A DNA stretch of 23,302 nt, taken from NCBI GenBank assembly GCA_021432655.1, contig MU271350.1, positions 62,001 to 85,302 on the forward strand. The letters run 5' to 3'. This DNA comes from Atractiella rhizophila (Eukaryota). Of this stretch, positions 19,731 to 23,302 are shown one piece after another. The stretch's first letter is position 1. The number at the start of each line of letters is the position of its first letter. Below the pieces are notes generated by a model. It saw nothing but the letters and a program-made list of their open reading frames with translations. It ran no database searches and had not been told where the DNA came from. The translations under genes were made by a program, and so were the position numbers.

Positions 19731-20652
19731 ATGTGTTCGACTTCAGGAAACTTCTTTCCCTTTCCGCCACATAGCAAGTTTCCCCCTTACCAGGAAAGAT
19801 CCGACCCACCTATTCCGTACTCTGCCGCTGTTGTATATCCTCTCTATAGCCAACCATTTTCACCAACTTCCGAAGGAGTACCAGAGCGACCTTCTCCAGT
19901 TAGTGAACACCAGGAAGCCACCAGCAGAAGACCTGCATCAAGAAAAGCTACGGTGGTGAAGGTACAACTCTTGAGCGAACTCCCCGACAACTAGCTCACG
20001 TTGTTTACGGTGAGTCGGTGTCCTGTTGATGTACTACGTCAATGAAGCTGATGATTGCCGTTTGCAGAACAGAAACGTAGGGAAACCATTAATCGAAATT
20101 TCGAAGAGCTTCGTCAGCTCATCCCTTCGAGTGCGAACAATCCGAGAGCCACCATTCTGGAGAAAGCTTCTCAGCGTATTATGGTAAGCTGCATTCCCGT
20201 TTTTCCTTGCACAATCGTCAATCGCACGAACTGAACTTCTACTTCACGGGTAGCAACTGCAAGAAGAGAACAACAGATTACGATCCCACATTCAATCATT
20301 GGATTTGGGACCTCTTACGAATGATCGTCAAAGTGATTTGTGTTCCTGTTGCATGAGACACATCGAGGAGAGCAAGTCCCCGCATGGTGAGCTCCTTGAA
20401 CGAACCTACAACTTTGACATATACGGTTCAGCCTGCTCTTCAGACATGTCTTCTGCTTCTGCGACGATATCAGGAGAAAATCAGATCTTCCAGTTTGGAA
20501 GAGAAGGATCTGCGTGCAGTCTCAAAGGTAGTTTACCTCATCCTTCAGTCCACCCAATGGAAAGCGAAATGGAGATCGATGAATTGGCGTCACAGTATGA
20601 GATGGAGATTCTAGGCCTTTCTATGGCGAAGAAAGACTTGGAGAGAACGTAG
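19731..20652 (+). CDS. bHLH-leucine zipper transcription factor (Ino4/Mlx-like basic region)
   Basis: Introns 20010-20067 (GTGAGT...GCAG) and 20184-20253 (GTAAGC...TAG) give LLSELPRQLAHVVYEQKRRETINRNFEELRQLIP...RATILEKASQRIMQLQEENNRLRSHIQSL. One extra C is needed in the C-run at 19982-19985 to link the P/S-rich N-terminus. Start uncertain (19731 or 19645). Confidence 0.87.
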
Positions 20653-21381
20653 GTCCAACGTAGGTAACCGAGCTCCAAGCTAGAAGACACGGCGCAAGAA
20701 GATTTAAAGAGGAGGATTGCTTAATTTTATCGGTCGTCAACTGGCAACATGCCAAACATTAAAATTGCTCCCATGTTTTGATCCTGGGGACTATTTGCTG
20801 TGAATCCTATCCTCTAACATTCATTAGTCATACCTCCCTCACCAGGTTACTGCATATGTTTGTGCATTTCTGAAGTTGCAAGGAAATCTTACGTTAAAGT
20901 CGTGAAAAAAAGTGTTATCTCCTGGATTTGAACCAGTGAAGTTGAAAACAAAGCCAATAACACCAAGTGCAGCTGCCCTGCAAATTTCATGATGTGCCAC
21001 AAGCGACGCACGCAATTTCTAGAGCATGTGTTGGGTTTTCTCGGATTGTATGCCAGTTGGTCATGTTTGCCTACCATGAAGGGAAGAAAGTGAGCACATG
21101 TGAGTAGGAATATACTGGCTTGCATTATGTCCTGATGCAATCTTAGAACCATCATGTCCTATCCTCAGAAAAAAATTGGTGTAAACCAATGTATCCATGC
21201 TCAGCAACAAAAGTGGCAGGAGAGCCCATCACTCAGGTAGCTCCAGGCTGCACAGAAAGATTGTCGCATCACTTCCAGGTCATACAAGTGACAACACCTC
21301 AGCATGTGACCGGTCAAATTCATATGCAGCAGTAGCAGGAGGATGAACCTCCTAGAGGATGCCAACGCTGACAGTAGCCAG

Positions 21382-23302
21382 ACCAACAAAGATGGTTATC
21401 CCACCTACCGGCGACGTAACAATGGACGCACATTTCAGAAGACACCGAACGGATTTATTTACGACAATCGCTGGGTCGTACCATTCAGTGCTTATGTCCT
21501 TCTGAGGTTTGTAGCTCACATCAATGTGGAGCTTTGCATCTCCATTAAATCAGTCAAATACCTCTTCAAATATGTCTCCAAAGGACATGATCGGGCACAA
21601 GCTGTACTTCATCATGCAAGAGGTGAAGGTGTGAGGGTTCTGGATGAGATTCAAGAGTACTTGGATGCCAGATTTATCGGATCTTCTGAAGGTAATGCTT
21701 AACATGATATTATGGGTAATCTGATATATCTTTCTAGCCTGTTACCGGATCTTCCACTTCCCACTACACCAGCACTTCCCTGTGGTTATCCGCCTGGCAA
21801 TACACCTTCCTGATAGGCATTTTGTGACCTTTAATCCCCAGGATGAGTCACTGGGAGACATTCTCAACAGGAATAATGTCACCAAAACGACGTTGACTGA
21901 GTTCTTCACCTACTGTAGGGAAAACCCCAACATTACTGAAGACCTTACCTATCCAAGAGCGCCGCAATTCCTTACTTGGAAGTCAGCCACACGCTCTTGG
22001 AAAATTCGGGAGCGCCAAGAAGCCATTGGACGCATATATCACGTTGCACCTTCACAAGGGGAACTATTCTATCTCCGAATGCTCCTCCATAAAGTTGTCA
22101 GCCCAAAATCTTTTGAAGATATCCGGACAGTAGATGGAACCATCCACGAGACTTTTAAGGCTGCATGTATGGCTCTTGGGTTGTTAGAAAGTGATCAAGA
22201 ATGGGATTTCTGCCTTGATGAAGCCAGTGCAGTTAAGAATGGCTTTGCAATGCGGTCTCTCTTCATCTATATTCTATTATTTGGTGTTGCCAGTGAACCT
22301 AGAAGACTATGGGATGGCCATAATGGGCAGCTCAGCGATGATTGTAAACACCTTCTACAAACAAAGTATGGCACAGCCGATCCGACACAGGAGCAGATTA
22401 TCAGTCTTTGTCTCCTTGAAATTGAAGATCTTCTCCAGGCGTACGGTAAAACTCTAACGGATTTTGGACTACCACAACCAGCAGAGCGGTTTGAGAGATG
22501 GGGAGGGGAGACAAGGATTATTGGTGAAGAGCTTGCATATGATCAATCATTACTTCAGACACGCCTTGAGACAGAGTTGCCATTATTAAACGAAGATCAA
22601 CGTCATGCTTATGACACGATTGTAGCAGCATGGCAAGGTGGAAATGGTGGATTGTTCTTTATCGATGGACCAGGAGGGACCGGAAAGACATTTATGGAAA
22701 ATTTACTCCTTGCCAAGGTTCGGTCATCTAGGAAGATTGCACTAGCAGTGGCCTCTTCAGGTATTGCCGCTATCCTGCTGGAAGGAGGACGAACGGCCCA
22801 TACACGCTTCCGGATCCCACTGGACATTGATGCCGACTCAGTCTGTAGTATTACTGCTCAGAGTGATCATGGACGACTTTGCCGTGAGGCAGAATTGATA
22901 ATTTGGGATGAAGTAGGAATGAGCCATCGATGGTGCTTTGAAGCAGTTGACCGGATGCTTAGAGACATGCGCAAAATAGATGCACCTTTTGGTGGAGTTA
23001 TTTTGGTCCTAGGTGGTGAGTGAATCAAGTTAAAGAGTTCAGCTCTAATAATTTTCAGGTGATATGCGACAATGCCTATCAGTGATTCCCAAAGCTTCAC
23101 GGGCACAGATTGTCAGTGCATGCGTTATCAACAGTCCTTTCTGGCCAGCAGTTCAAGTCCTCCCTCTGACCGTGAATATGCGCCTTCTTCGTCATCAAGC
23201 TGAAATGACACGGCGGGACTTTACGACTGCCTCTCGCTTTGCTGAATGGTTGCTGTCAGTTGGGAATGGTGCAACCGACAACCCAGAAGACTGTGGCCAT
23301 GG
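21382..23302 (+). mobile_element. Helitron RepHel gene, 5'-truncated, continuing past the window end
   Basis: DGYPTYRRR, DNRWVVP, HINVE and KYLFKYVSKGHD (Rep YxxKY). Intron 21692-21737, then RLAIHLP and GELFYLRMLL. Pif1 helicase motifs FIDGPGGTGKT, VASSGIAA, GRTAHTRF and IWDE. Intron 23016-23058 restores GGDMRQ, followed by LTVNMR and FAEWLLSVGNG. Confidence 0.95.

Noticed and set aside
20905..20963. Functional tRNA gene
   Set aside because: Only 52 nt between the stems, with no D or anticodon arm. Kept only as a tRNA-like finding.

Overview
Eukaryotic, most likely basidiomycete fungal DNA (43-77 nt GT-AG introns, fungal-type transposon families), made up mostly of transposons and transposon fragments. 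In order: the 3' part of a Tad1/I-type LINE (RT, RNase H, CCHC knuckle; 1-2306); a spliced orphan gene abutting an antisense, truncated pogo/Fot1 transposase (2886-5882); a degenerate Ulp1/C48-like protease followed by a truncated IS3EU-like integrase-core transposase (6262-8375); and a large spliced minus-strand gene (8724-13517). That gene appears to join a TET/JBP-like 2OG-Fe(II) dioxygenase domain to a C-terminal helix-hairpin-helix aG/P-T pyrophosphorylase (amino-acid:DNA transferase)-like domain. It is the best candidate for an unusual system, a possible single-polypeptide DNA base-hypermodification enzyme. After it come a complete hAT transposon with perfect 16-bp TIRs and an 8-bp TSD (14142-18440), a bHLH-zipper transcription factor gene (19731-20652), a CpG-depleted relic with a tRNA-like B-box hairpin, and a 5'-truncated Helitron RepHel gene running off the window end. 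Several frameshifts are 1-nt losses in short runs and could be sequencing errors. All domain calls are by-eye motif recognition, not database hits.
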